This document shows positions 17,337-32,134 of a DNA stretch of 64,000 bases, piece after piece (the first letter of the stretch is position 1; each line of letters opens with the position of its first letter). The DNA is from an uncultured Acidobacteriota bacterium. GTDB taxonomy: Bacteria; Acidobacteriota; JAQAZP01. The translations under genes and the position numbers were made by a program. The stretch spans positions 3,264,001-3,328,000 of the forward strand of contig CAWIIB010000009.1 in NCBI GenBank assembly GCA_963836075.1, in the 5' to 3' direction. Below the pieces are notes generated by a model. The model saw only the letters and a list, made by a program, of their open reading frames with translations, searched no databases and was not told the origin of the DNA.

Positions 17337-18416
17337 TTATTCCTCCCCGCCGCCGCTCCCCGGGTTGATCCGGTGGAGATCCTGCGGCTTGAAAATTCCC
17401 TTTTCAGTGATGATCCCGGCCACCAGGCGGTTCGGGGTAACGTCGAAGGAGGGATTGGCAGCCCGGGTGCCCGGCGGCGTGATCCGCACCCCGCGCTCCT
17501 CGCCGTCTTCGGTGAGCCCTTCGATGATGCGGACCTCATCCTCCCCGCGCTCCTCTATGGGGATCTGGCCGCCATCGGGGCATTGGAAATCGATGGTGGA
17601 GGTGGGAGCGGCCACATAGAAGGGGATGCCGTTCTCGGCGGCCAGCACGGCGCTGCTGTAAGTGCCGATCTTGTTTGCCACGTCCCCGTTGGCGGCGATG
17701 CGGTCTGAACCGACGATCACAATGTCGATCAGGCCGCTCTTCATCATGTGGCCGGTGGCGCCGTCAACGATTACCCGGTGGTCGATGCCCTCCTCCTCCA
17801 GTTCCCAGGCGGTGAGCTTGGTCCCCTGGCTTCGCGGCCGCGTCTCGTCGGCCCAGACGAAGATATTCATACCCTGCCGCTTGGCCTTATAAATGGGAGA
17901 GAGGGCTGATCCCCAGTCCACAAAGGCCAGCCAGCCGGCATTGCAGTGGGTGCTCACCCGGCAGCCATCCTTCAGCAGGCCGGCACCCAGTTCGCCGATC
18001 CGCTCGCAGGCGGCGGCATCCTCGTCGGCCACCGCCCGGGCCGCGGCCACGGCCGCCTTACGCCTGGCGGGAATCTCCTTTTCCGCCTCCGCAGCCTCCA
18101 TCACCCGCTGGATACCGTAGAACAGGTTCTGCGCGGTGGGCCGAGTGCCGCCGATGACCCCCGCCCCTTCCTCCATCGCTTCCCGGAAGCCATGCTCCGG
18201 TGCTGAGAGGGCGCATTGGGCCATGCCGTAAGCTCCTGTGGCGCCGATGGCACCGGCGCCCCTGACCTTCATCACGCTGATCGCCCGGGCCGTCTGCCGG
18301 TACCCCTCAAGATCGATGATTTCAAACCGGTGGGGCAGGAGGGTCTGGTCGATCATCCGCACCACCCCGTCATCTCCCATCCACACCGTTCGATAATGCT
18401 TCCCCTGGACGATCAT
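17337..18416 (-). CDS. mtnA: S-methyl-5-thioribose-1-phosphate isomerase
   Basis: IDQTLLP, VRGAGAIG, TRPTAQNL, THCNAGWLA, DETRPRSQG, DVANKIGTY, NPSFDVTP. Confidence 0.93.
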   Translation of the reverse strand: MIVQGKHYRTVWMGDDGVVRMIDQTLLPHRFEIIDLEGYRQTARAISVMKVRGAGAIGATGAYGMAQCALSAPEHGFREAMEEGAGVIGGTRPTAQNLFYGIQRVMEAAEAEKEIPARRKAAVAAARAVADEDAAACERIGELGAGLLKDGCRVSTHCNAGWLAFVDWGSALSPIYKAKRQGMNIFVWADETRPRSQGTKLTAWELEEEGIDHRVIVDGATGHMMKSGLIDIVIVGSDRIAANGDVANKIGTYSSAVLAAENGIPFYVAAPTSTIDFQCPDGGQIPIEERGEDEVRIIEGLTEDGEERGVRITPPGTRAANPSFDVTPNRLVAGIITEKGIFKPQDLHRINPGSGGGEE

Positions 18417-18757
18417 TGGTCTATGCACCTCCTTGCGGGCCGGGACGATCACCTTACCGGGGGCCGGCCGCATCAGAGCGGCGGGCCCTCCCCGGACCTC
18501 ATCCGGGATGCTTCAAGCGAGGCGAAATTATAGTTCACCGTCTGTTGAGGTTCAACAAATACGTCAACGCCCCCCGGCGGCATGTTAAGAAAACTTGTAT
18601 TCGATAGTTGCCATTGTGGATATTGTTTTCTGCTTGCAAATATACCATCGATACCTTATATTATTAATGTTATTCGCAATGTCGGGAAGGGGAGGGATCA
18701 GGCCGCCCGTCCTTCAGCTCACCATTTCATCAGAGTCCACTGCGAGCTGTTCCCCAG

Positions 18758-19567
18758 GTGGACGTTGGCCAGATTCAGATTACGAATACGTGTTCCCTGT
18801 GGGAACTCTGTTTAGTGGAATTGATGGATGTTCCTCCTGCCATCCCGGTGAATCGGCTTCGTGACTCCGCTCCCGGTGTGGGCCGGATTCTGGCCGGTGA
18901 GATCGGCAAGTCTGGCGATGAAGCCGTGATGATACTCCTCCGCTTCCTCTCCGCCGAGGGTGAAAATCACGTTGTCCGCAATCACGCGTTCGACGCGTTG
19001 CGGGCTCTGGGTGACGCGGGCCTCGATCCGATCCTCGCTTACCTCGGTGAGTTTGACCAATACGACGATGCCACGCAGGTTTACATCGCCAAGGGTTTGA
19101 TCCGACTGGCCGGGGAAATCGATGCCAGGCGGGCGGAACCGGAACTGATCCGGATGATCCACCGCCTGATCCGGGCCCAGGAGCAGGGAACCATTGGCCG
19201 CTCCTGGTACTTCATTCAACAGATAAAAATGGAAATCCACGCGGTGTTGGCATCCCTGGGCTGCCGGTCCGTTCTGGACGACCTGATGTCTCTTCTCGGT
19301 TCCGGCGATGAACTTGTCTTTCCGGTGGTGATCCAGTCGGTGGGTCTGATCGGCGATCGAAGGGCCCTCAGACCGCTGATCCGGTTGCATGCCCTGGAGG
19401 GGGAGGAGACCTGGCTGGCCACTGAAATTCGCAAGGCCTTCCGCAAGATCGTTCGCCGCGAGGATATGGACCTTACTGAACTGCGCCGGATGTCGACCCT
19501 CACTCCGCCCCAGAGGACCTCTCTCAATCAACTGCTGGAGAGGCGGAAGCGCAACGGCCGGTCCTGA
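18758..19567 (+). CDS. HEAT-repeat-like helical protein
   Basis: VRNHAFDALRALGD, SVGLIGDRRALRPLI motifs; start uncertain. Confidence 0.6.
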   Translation: MDVGQIQITNTCSLWELCLVELMDVPPAIPVNRLRDSAPGVGRILAGEIGKSGDEAVMILLRFLSAEGENHVVRNHAFDALRALGDAGLDPILAYLGEFDQYDDATQVYIAKGLIRLAGEIDARRAEPELIRMIHRLIRAQEQGTIGRSWYFIQQIKMEIHAVLASLGCRSVLDDLMSLLGSGDELVFPVVIQSVGLIGDRRALRPLIRLHALEGEETWLATEIRKAFRKIVRREDMDLTELRRMSTLTPPQRTSLNQLLERRKRNGRS

Positions 19568-19679
19568 ACCGGGCAGCGGCGGTTCAAACCCCTTTTTCAC
19601 GCATCCACTCGCCTCTGTCATCCCCGGGTTCGCCATGTGGGAAGCCCTGTGCTGGGAGCATTTTGGGGCTTATTGCGAA

Positions 19680-19708
19680 TTGACATTCCTCTTGCGATGT
19701 ACTATATT
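19680..19708 (+). promoter_or_regulatory. sigma70 promoter
   Basis: TTGACA-17 nt-TATATT. Confidence 0.6.
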
Positions 19709-19884
19709 CAGCGGAATCGGACTGGTCCGGATGTGTTGTGTGGTTTTCTTCCAGAACCCACAGTCATGCAGCGATCATTTCAATAATTTCAGGTCAGACC
19801 AATACATGCGACGCAAGTGCGGCTCTCCGTGTTAGGTAAGAGCGGTTTACCTGTGGCGGTAAGTGGTTAGCAGGACGTAATTTT

Positions 19885-22524
19885 ATGCGCAGTACGCCAG
19901 GGTGGCTCTCCAGATCTTTTTTCCGGTTCTTCCTCATACTCATTCTCGGCACCATTGTGGTGAACACCGTTCCCTGTCCCGCCGCTTCCTCCGGGCCTGA
20001 GCCGCTGACCCGGCAGGTCAATGGCCGGACCGTGGTGCAGCACCCCTCCGCGGGGGGTGGCCCCGGAATCTGGTCCGATGACCGGGGCTACCGTGCGGTG
20101 AATTGGAAGGACCGGTCCTGGTGCGCCCGTATTCCAGTTGAAGGCGTACCGGTTGCCGGGCGGCTGGACAGCGTCTGGCAGACCAGTGGGCCTTTTGCCG
20201 CCGATATCAATCAGATCCTGGTTTCCCACAGCAATCCCAATATCGTTTATGCCGCGGTGGCCTGTGGCGGCGAACCGTTCCTCGGTGGCGTGTTTCGCAG
20301 CACCAACGGTGGTCAGGACTGGATCCGTCTGGACCCGGAGACCCATCTGGGGCCGGTCTACTGCCTGGCGATGAACCCGGACAATTCCAATGAACTTTTT
20401 GCCTCGTCGGAACTGGGCCTCTTCCGCTCCAGTAACGGCGGCAGCAACTGGAGCCTGATTGAGCCGGTGAGCGGGTCGTTTCCCCGCTCCCTGCGGGTGG
20501 CGTACAACCCTGCTGACGGTGACGAATTGATCGCCCACTACTCCTGTGAACCGCCGCCGGATTCGCAGCTCTACCGCTCCACTGACGGCGGCGACAGCTT
20601 CGAATCCATCGATGCCGGGTTGCCGCAGGAACTGCCGGTCACCGATATCTGTTTTGACCCGCAGGTCGGTACCAGGGTTTTCATCTCCATGGGCTCCAAC
20701 TTCGGTGAGACGGGCTTCTTTTGCAGCGAGGACAGCGGTGCCCACTGGCTGAATCTCACCAACGGTCTGGACAACATGCCGGCGAACGCCATCGAAGTGG
20801 TATACAGCGGCAGTTCCTGTCTGGTGATGGTGACCACCGGCCGAAATTTCGCCAGCCAGAATGGCGGTCTGTACCGTCGCAGCCATCCCTCCGGCGAGTG
20901 GTTCAGGGTTGCGCCGGACCAGGTCAAGGATGCCGGGTTCCTCGAGGTCCGGTGCGACGAACTGTTTCCCGGGCTGATCCTGTTGGGCTCCCAGGGCCAG
21001 GGCATTCTGAAGAGCTCTGACAACGGTCTCAACTGGTCTCCGGCCAATGACGGCCTGTCGGGTGAGGTGGTGAGCAGCATCGCCATCCGGCAGGATGGGC
21101 TGGCCCTGCATGCGGGCTGCGAGGGTATGGGCTTTTTCACCTCCCGGGACGAAGGCGGGTCCTGGGTTGCCAGTTCGGACGGGATCAACATGGTCAAGGT
21201 CACCGATGTGGCGGTGGATGGCCTTGATCCGGACCGGATCGTGGTCTCCTTCACCAGCCTGAACAGCGGCGGCATCTTTATCACCGAGGATGGCGGTTCC
21301 TCGTGGTTTGCAGCACCGAACCTGGTGGACCAGCGGGCCCAGTCAGTGGCACTGGAAGCGGGCGGCGGGCAGGTTATCTACGCCGCCATGGAAGGTCCGG
21401 TAACCACGGAAACACCGGAAGGCATTTACAAGAGCACCGATGGCGGCCAGACCTGGGCCTGCACCGGACCCGATGGCCCGACCTACTTCAACAACCTGTT
21501 GTACAAGGTGGTTGTGGAAGAGGAGACCGGCACCGTGCTGGCCGCTGGCCGCGGGTATGTCTCCACCCTGCCAGCACGGGTTTTTCGCAGCACCGATGGC
21601 GGCGGCAACTGGGTCCGGGTGCATCAGGGGCACAACTACAGCGTGGCGATGGATATAGCCTTTTCGCCTCTGTACGGCGCTGTGGCCTATGCGGCGGTGG
21701 ACCATACCGGCGGGATAAACGGGAGGGGCGGCGTCCTGAAGACCACCGATGGCGGCGCTTCGTGGTCCAGCAGGGACAACGGTTTTCCCGGCGGTCCGAG
21801 GAACTGCCGCACCGTTGCGGTGGATCCCGGCGATTCCTCCATCGCCTATGCCACGCTTTACAACCACGGGGTGTACAAGACCACCGATGGTGCTGACAGC
21901 TGGCAGATGACCGATTTCCCCCAGGGACAGTCCCACTCGGTATTTACCGACCCTTTGTCCGACAGCATTGTCTACGTCTGCAGCGGCGGGTTCCCGGTTC
22001 TGCGGAGCAAGGACGGTGGCGTGGAATATGAGGACTACGCCGCTGGATACCCGGAAAACAGCGTGTACCGCTTCGGGTATGACAAGAGGATCTGGCAGCC
22101 TCGCCTCTATGCCTGCGGCACCCAGGGGCTCTACCGGCGGGATCTCGATCCCCTGGGACTGCCGGACACCCTGAATCTGGCCCTCGCCTGCACTCCCGAG
22201 CTCCTGACCCTTCCCGATACGGCCCTACTGGACCTCAGCCTGACCAACAGCTGCCACCTCAGCCGCTCCTACGGCCTGACCATCGACGTGGTGCTCCCCG
22301 GCGGCGCCACTTACCTGGCATACCGCCGGGGAAGCGTGGTGCTGGCCCCGGGCCAACTGTTCAGCGCCGTTGCGCCCATCGATTTCCCGCAGTTCGGGAC
22401 CCTGGTGGGGGTGACCACCTTTTTCCTCACCGGTACGGATACGACGCCCCCGCCGTCAAACGGCGGGCTTCCCAGCGGGTACAGCGACGTCAGTTCCTGC
22501 CAGGTCACAGCTTCCATGCCCTGA
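19885..22524 (+). CDS. Secreted BNR/Asp-box beta-propeller protein (Ycf48/VPS10-like) with a distinct C-terminal beta domain
   Basis: Signal peptide; more than ten (S/T)xDGGxxW Asp-boxes. Confidence 0.85.
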   Translation: MRSTPGWLSRSFFRFFLILILGTIVVNTVPCPAASSGPEPLTRQVNGRTVVQHPSAGGGPGIWSDDRGYRAVNWKDRSWCARIPVEGVPVAGRLDSVWQTSGPFAADINQILVSHSNPNIVYAAVACGGEPFLGGVFRSTNGGQDWIRLDPETHLGPVYCLAMNPDNSNELFASSELGLFRSSNGGSNWSLIEPVSGSFPRSLRVAYNPADGDELIAHYSCEPPPDSQLYRSTDGGDSFESIDAGLPQELPVTDICFDPQVGTRVFISMGSNFGETGFFCSEDSGAHWLNLTNGLDNMPANAIEVVYSGSSCLVMVTTGRNFASQNGGLYRRSHPSGEWFRVAPDQVKDAGFLEVRCDELFPGLILLGSQGQGILKSSDNGLNWSPANDGLSGEVVSSIAIRQDGLALHAGCEGMGFFTSRDEGGSWVASSDGINMVKVTDVAVDGLDPDRIVVSFTSLNSGGIFITEDGGSSWFAAPNLVDQRAQSVALEAGGGQVIYAAMEGPVTTETPEGIYKSTDGGQTWACTGPDGPTYFNNLLYKVVVEEETGTVLAAGRGYVSTLPARVFRSTDGGGNWVRVHQGHNYSVAMDIAFSPLYGAVAYAAVDHTGGINGRGGVLKTTDGGASWSSRDNGFPGGPRNCRTVAVDPGDSSIAYATLYNHGVYKTTDGADSWQMTDFPQGQSHSVFTDPLSDSIVYVCSGGFPVLRSKDGGVEYEDYAAGYPENSVYRFGYDKRIWQPRLYACGTQGLYRRDLDPLGLPDTLNLALACTPELLTLPDTALLDLSLTNSCHLSRSYGLTIDVVLPGGATYLAYRRGSVVLAPGQLFSAVAPIDFPQFGTLVGVTTFFLTGTDTTPPPSNGGLPSGYSDVSSCQVTASMP

Positions 22525-22562
22525 CTTTTACCCGATTGTCCGTCCGTTCACCGGCTGGTTTC

Positions 22563-22591
22563 TTGACATGACTTCCCTCAAAAATTATGAT
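22563..22591 (+). promoter_or_regulatory. sigma70 promoter upstream of kbl
   Basis: TTGACA-17 nt-TATGAT. Confidence 0.6.
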
Positions 22592-22782
22592 CTGTTTTTC
22601 GTGTTCTGTCCGGCCCGCCAGTGCACCGGCCAGCAGCGGCCCCCGGTTTCCCAGCCGGACCGCGGCCGGTTCGTGACTGCCAGGTCCGACCCCGGTTCCG
22701 GCAGTGCCCTCGAGCAGTCGAGTTGCCGTATACAATTGTTTTTGGAAGCGCTCCGCGGAGCGGATTCCCGGGAGGACTGAAG

Positions 22783-23985
22783 ATGTATGGTGCGATGAAG
22801 GATTTTTTGACCAAGGAACTGCAGGACATCAAGGATGCCGGTCTCTACAAGAACGAGCGGATCATCGCTTCTTCACAGTCATCCGAGATTACCTTGCAGG
22901 ACGGCAGCAAGGTGCTCAACTTCTGCGCCAACAACTATCTTGGTTTGGCCAATAACGCTGAGATCGTCGAGGCGGCCAAGGCGACTCTGGACAAATATGC
23001 GTTCGGGATGTCATCGGTGCGCTTCATCTGCGGCACCCTCGACATTCACAAGGAGCTCGAGCGTCTGATTGCCAAATTCCTCGGCAAGGACGACTGCATC
23101 CTCTACGCCGCCTGCTTCGATGCCAACGGCGGTGTGTTCGAGCCGTTCCTGGACAAGGACTGCGCCATCATCTCCGACGCCCTGAACCACGCCTCGATCA
23201 TTGATGGCGTCCGGCTCTGCAAAGCGGATCGTTACCGTTACAACCATGCTGACATGGACGACCTCGAGCGCTGTCTCAAGGAGTCCCAGAGCAACAAATT
23301 CCGCATGGTGGCCACCGACGGCGTGTTCTCCATGGACGGTGACATCGCCAAACTGGACCAGATCACCGCGCTGTGTGAGAAATACGATGCCATGCTCATG
23401 GTGGATGACTGCCACGCTACCGGTTTCGTGGGCCAGACCGGCCGTGGGTCCGGCGAGCACCGCGGCGTGCTGGACAAGGTGGACATCATCACCTCCACCC
23501 TGGGCAAGGCGCTGGGCGGCGCTTCCGGCGGCTTTACCGCCGGACACCAGGAGATGATCGACCTGCTGCGGCAGCGTTCCCGTCCCTATCTCTTCTCCAA
23601 CACCGTACCGCCGGTGGTGGTCGGCGCTTCGCTCAAGGTTTTCCAGATGCTTTCCGCCACCACCGAGCTGCGGGACAAGCTGGAAGAGAACACGATGTAT
23701 TTCCGCAAGGGGATGACCGAGGCCGGCTTCGACATTCCCGAGGGCGTTCACGCCATCGTGCCGATCATGCTCGGCAAGTTCGAGAATGATGCCAAGCTGT
23801 CCCAGGATATGGCCAAAGACCTGCTGGAGGAAGGGATTTACGTCATCGGCTTCTACTATCCGGTGGTGCCCAAGGGCCAGTCGCGCATCCGGGTGCAGAT
23901 TTCGGCCGGCCACAACCGGGAGCAGCTGGACAAGGCCATTGCGGCGTTCACCAAGATCGGCAAGAAACACGGTGTGGTGGCCTGA
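22783..23985 (+). CDS. kbl: Glycine C-acetyltransferase (2-amino-3-ketobutyrate CoA ligase)
   Basis: NFCANNYLGLA, SVRFICGT, TDGVFSMDG, TLGKALGGASGG, RQRSRPYLFSN. Confidence 0.96.
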   Translation: MYGAMKDFLTKELQDIKDAGLYKNERIIASSQSSEITLQDGSKVLNFCANNYLGLANNAEIVEAAKATLDKYAFGMSSVRFICGTLDIHKELERLIAKFLGKDDCILYAACFDANGGVFEPFLDKDCAIISDALNHASIIDGVRLCKADRYRYNHADMDDLERCLKESQSNKFRMVATDGVFSMDGDIAKLDQITALCEKYDAMLMVDDCHATGFVGQTGRGSGEHRGVLDKVDIITSTLGKALGGASGGFTAGHQEMIDLLRQRSRPYLFSNTVPPVVVGASLKVFQMLSATTELRDKLEENTMYFRKGMTEAGFDIPEGVHAIVPIMLGKFENDAKLSQDMAKDLLEEGIYVIGFYYPVVPKGQSRIRVQISAGHNREQLDKAIAAFTKIGKKHGVVA

Positions 23986-24003
23986 CCAGGCGTGGGATAA
24001 CTC

Positions 24004-24032
24004 TTGACAGGCACGGGGGCCTTTCGTATACT
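24004..24032 (+). promoter_or_regulatory. sigma70 promoter of the tRNA operon
   Basis: TTGACA-17 nt-TATACT. Confidence 0.75.
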
Positions 24033-24094
24033 CCCGTTGCTTCCAGTGGCCCCGACCGATTTTGGCCGTCGCGGCAGACGCACGGAGGGCCGAC

Positions 24095-24171
24095 GGGCGG
24101 TTAGCTCAGCTGGTTAGAGCACCTGCCTTACACGCAGGGGGTCGCAGGTTCGACTCCTGTACCGCCCACCA
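24095..24171 (+). tRNA. tRNA-Val (TAC)
   Basis: Cloverleaf; anticodon arm CCTGC-CTTACAC-GCAGG; CCA end. Confidence 0.96.
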
Positions 24172-24224
24172 GCCCCAAACGGGTTCGAGGGCGGAGGGCA
24201 AGCAACAGATCAAGGTAAATATGC

Positions 24225-24301
24225 GGGGGCGTAGTTCAGCTGGTTAGAATGCCGGCCTGTCACGCCGGAGGTCGCGAGTTCGAATCTCGTCGCTCCCGCC
24301 A
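24225..24301 (+). tRNA. tRNA-Asp (GTC)
   Basis: Cloverleaf; anticodon arm CCGGC-CTGTCAC-GCCGG; G discriminator; CCA end. Confidence 0.96.
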
Positions 24302-24309
24302 GCATAGAT

Positions 24310-24340
24310 AGCGGCCGGGTTTATCCCGGCCGCTTTTTTT
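24310..24340 (+). terminator. Rho-independent terminator
   Basis: AGCGGCCGGG/CCCGGCCGCT stem plus T-run. Confidence 0.85.
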
Positions 24341-24426
24341 CGCCCCAACGTCACTATCCCCCATGAACAAGCCCCTGACTCTCCATGCTAGAATTAAGAG
24401 AATGGTAATTAACCTGGAGATACTCC

Positions 24427-25401
24427 ATGCGCCGGCGGCAGTATACGGTGATCCTGTTGATGGCGGCCCTCTCCGTGGTGGCCGCCGCCTCTGCTCCCCT
24501 TGCCGCGGAAAAAGATTCCACCGCCCTGCACAGTGCGGTAAAACGGCGGGATCACCAGCGGCTGATGCTCCTTTTGCGTAAGGGGCTGGAGCCGGACACC
24601 CGTGATGCTCTTGGACGGACACCGCTGCATGTGGCTGCCGGGGCCGATCGGGGCCGGGAGGCCGCTACCCTGATCGAACACGGTGCTGACCCGGGCCTTG
24701 AGGACCCTGAAGGCCGGGTGCCGCTGCACTATGCCGCCACCAACGGCAACACCGCTTTGATCCGCCTCCTGCTGAAGAAGGAGGCGGTCATCGAAGCCCT
24801 GGACCACGAAGGCCGGACACCACTCCATTATGCGGCCTCCAATGGCGGCAAGGCTGCAGTAAGGGAACTCCTGGAACAGGGGGCGGCACTGGAGGCTCGG
24901 AGCCACAAGGGAGTCACACCCCTGCACTTCGCGGCCACCGAGGGCCACCGCCAGGTGGTTCGTTTCCTGGCCGTGAATGGCGGCGACGTGATGTCCCGGT
25001 CGAATGACGGATACACGCCGCTCCATTCCGCCGCGCTCAACGGCCATGCCGGGATCATTTTCCTGCTGGTGGAGAAGGGGGCCGAGGTGGATGCGGTGGA
25101 GGCTCTGGGCGAAACCCCCCTGCGTATCGCGGCCGCCCATGGGAAATTGCTGGCTGTTCGCATGCTGGTGGAACGTGGAGCCGACGTGGGAGCCCGGGAC
25201 GGGTATGGGCTCACCCCGCTGCACTGGGCCGCCATCGGCGGCCACACCGATGTGGCCCGTTTTCTCATCGAAGAGGGGGCCGATACCGACGACCGGGAGA
25301 ACCGGCACGACGCCACACCGCTGGAACTGGCACGGCAGAAGGGCCACCTGGACCTGGTGCGGTTTCTCGAGGCTGAACCGTCCGGATCGATCACTCCTTG
25401 A
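24427..25401 (+). CDS. Secreted ankyrin repeat protein (~9 repeats)
   Basis: Signal peptide; repeated G.TPLH.AA..G....V..L...GA motifs. Confidence 0.92.
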   Translation: MRRRQYTVILLMAALSVVAAASAPLAAEKDSTALHSAVKRRDHQRLMLLLRKGLEPDTRDALGRTPLHVAAGADRGREAATLIEHGADPGLEDPEGRVPLHYAATNGNTALIRLLLKKEAVIEALDHEGRTPLHYAASNGGKAAVRELLEQGAALEARSHKGVTPLHFAATEGHRQVVRFLAVNGGDVMSRSNDGYTPLHSAALNGHAGIIFLLVEKGAEVDAVEALGETPLRIAAAHGKLLAVRMLVERGADVGARDGYGLTPLHWAAIGGHTDVARFLIEEGADTDDRENRHDATPLELARQKGHLDLVRFLEAEPSGSITP

Positions 25402-25478
25402 CTCCCCTGTGGGCCCTGCCTAGAATCATCCGGTCACGTCACTCGACTTCCAATTGCCGGGCAACAGCGGAGGAACCG

Positions 25479-27090
25479 ATGCGTATCTACAGTGCCAGGG
25501 AGATGGCCGAGGCGGACCGGATCACCATCGAAGAATACGGCATCCCCGGTGCGGTGCTGATGGAGAACGCCGGTTCCCAGACCGTGGACGCCATGGAGGA
25601 ACGCTACGGCGACGCCCTCTACGACGACGAATCGGCGGTGCTGGTTGTCTGCGGCAAGGGGAACAACGGGGGGGACGGCTTTGTCATCGCCCGCCACCTG
25701 CTGAACCGTGGCACGGCCCGCCTGGATGTGGTACTGCTGGCCGGCAGCGGCGGTCTCACCGGCGACGCCAGGCTGAACCACGACGTGTTCTGCAAGATGG
25801 ACGGCACGGTTTGCGAGGCCGCCGACTGGGAGGCCTTCGAGCGGTTGTTGGAAGATGGGCTGATCCTGCCGCCCGACGAATACACGGTGGTGGTGGACGC
25901 CATTTTCGGCACCGGGTTGACCTCGGCGGTGCGCGGCCACTATGCCCAGGTGATCAACGAGATCAACGAGGGCGCCGCCCCGGTGGTGGCGGTGGATATC
26001 CCTTCGGGCCTCTCGGCCGATACGCCGAACCCGCCGGGCGAAGCGATAATGGCCGACCTGACCGTCACCTTCGGCGCGCCCAAGTACCCGCACCTGCTGC
26101 CTCCGGGAGACCTGCTGTGCGGTGACCTGGCGGTGGCCGACATCAGCATCCCCGAGGCGGCCATGGAGCGGGCCGGCGGCGGGCCCTTCGTGGTCACCGA
26201 CGAGCTGGCCGGCTTCCTGCTGCCCGACCCCCGGGAGCGCACCGGCCACAAGGGCGACTACGGCCACGTTCTGCTGGTTGGCGGGTCGGTGGGCAAGACC
26301 GGCGCGGCGGTGTTGGGCGCCGAGGCGGCCTACCGCAGCGGCGCCGGGCTGGTCACCGTGGCCACCCCGGCCGACTGCCTGCCGGTGGTGGCCGGCTCGA
26401 GCCTGGAGTTGATGACCGAGCCGCTGGCCCAGACCCAGGCCGGTACGCTCTCCCCCGAAGCGCTGGCCCGGGCAGTGGAACTGGCTGCTGAGCGCGATGT
26501 GCTGGCCCTGGGCCCGGGCATCTCCGCCGACCCGCCCACCGGCGAGTTTGTGCGCAGCATCTTCACCGCCTCTGAGTTGTCGGGCACCCCGCTGGTCATC
26601 GATGCCGACGGTCTCAATGCTTTTGCCGGCGACCCCGGTGCCCTCGACGCCACCGGCCGGGAGGCCCCGGTGATCATCACCCCCCACCCGGGGGAGCTGG
26701 CCCGCCTGCTGGGCATTTCCACCGACGAACTGCTGGAGGACCGCATCGGCCCGGTGACCGCCTTTGCCGCCGCCCGCAACCTGATCGTGGTGCTCAAGGG
26801 CTACCGCTCGCTCACCGTGGCCCCCGAAGGGGATGTGTGGGTCAACCTCACCGGCAACCCGGGGATGGCCTCCGGCGGTTCGGGCGACATACTCACCGGC
26901 ATCATCGCCGCCCTGCTGGCCCAGCGCCTTGATCCGGTGGACGCGGCGATCCTCGGTGTCCACGTCCACGGGCTGGCCGGCGACATGGTGGCCGAGGACG
27001 TGGGAGAGATGTCGCTGATGGCCGGCGACCTGCTGGAATACCTGCCCGATGCCTTCCTGGTCTGCGGCGGCGAGGAGGTCGAGTTCGAAG

Positions 27091-27104
<14 letters not shown>
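25479..27104 (+). CDS. nnr: Bifunctional NAD(P)HX epimerase/dehydratase (YjeF)
   Basis: LMENAG, CGKGNNGGDG, DAIFGTG, HKGDYG, DADGLN, TPHPGE, GGSGDILTG. Confidence 0.93.
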
Positions 27105-29071
<1,967 letters not shown>

Positions 29072-29096
29072 CTGCCGGTCCTCCTCTCCAGCGGCG

Positions 29097-31746
<2,650 letters not shown>

Positions 31747-32134
31747 GGGATGAATTCCTCCGGTGGATATCTTGCGAAGAGGAGAATCCTCAATTATTTC
31801 AACATTTTATGAATCCGATAATTTATCACCGGTGCCTTGGGCTGTCAAGCGCCGGTGCTGCGGGTTATGGGCCTTGGGCGAGGACGCCGGTGATAGTGCA
31901 GACATCGCCGGTGCTGTGGCCGGCCGGGGGGCAGGGTGGCTGGTTGAAGGGGGCCGGAGTGACGTCCTGCGCGGTCAAACTGAAACTGCTGGTGCCGGCC
32001 TGTGCGAACCCATGGCACTACTCCCGTCAGTGGTGGGTGACAGCACCACGATCAGCGACCGGACAGCATCCGAAAATCAGTCCTAACAGGAATAACGATT
32101 GTATTTCGAAATACAGGAGATTGCCCGAAAAGAA

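Noticed and set aside
18645-18680. AT-rich TTAATGTTATT as a dif site
   Set aside because: XerC arm and 6-bp spacer do not fit
22595-22780. Long kbl leader as a glycine riboswitch
   Set aside because: No GGAGA...CCGAAG...CTCAGG signature
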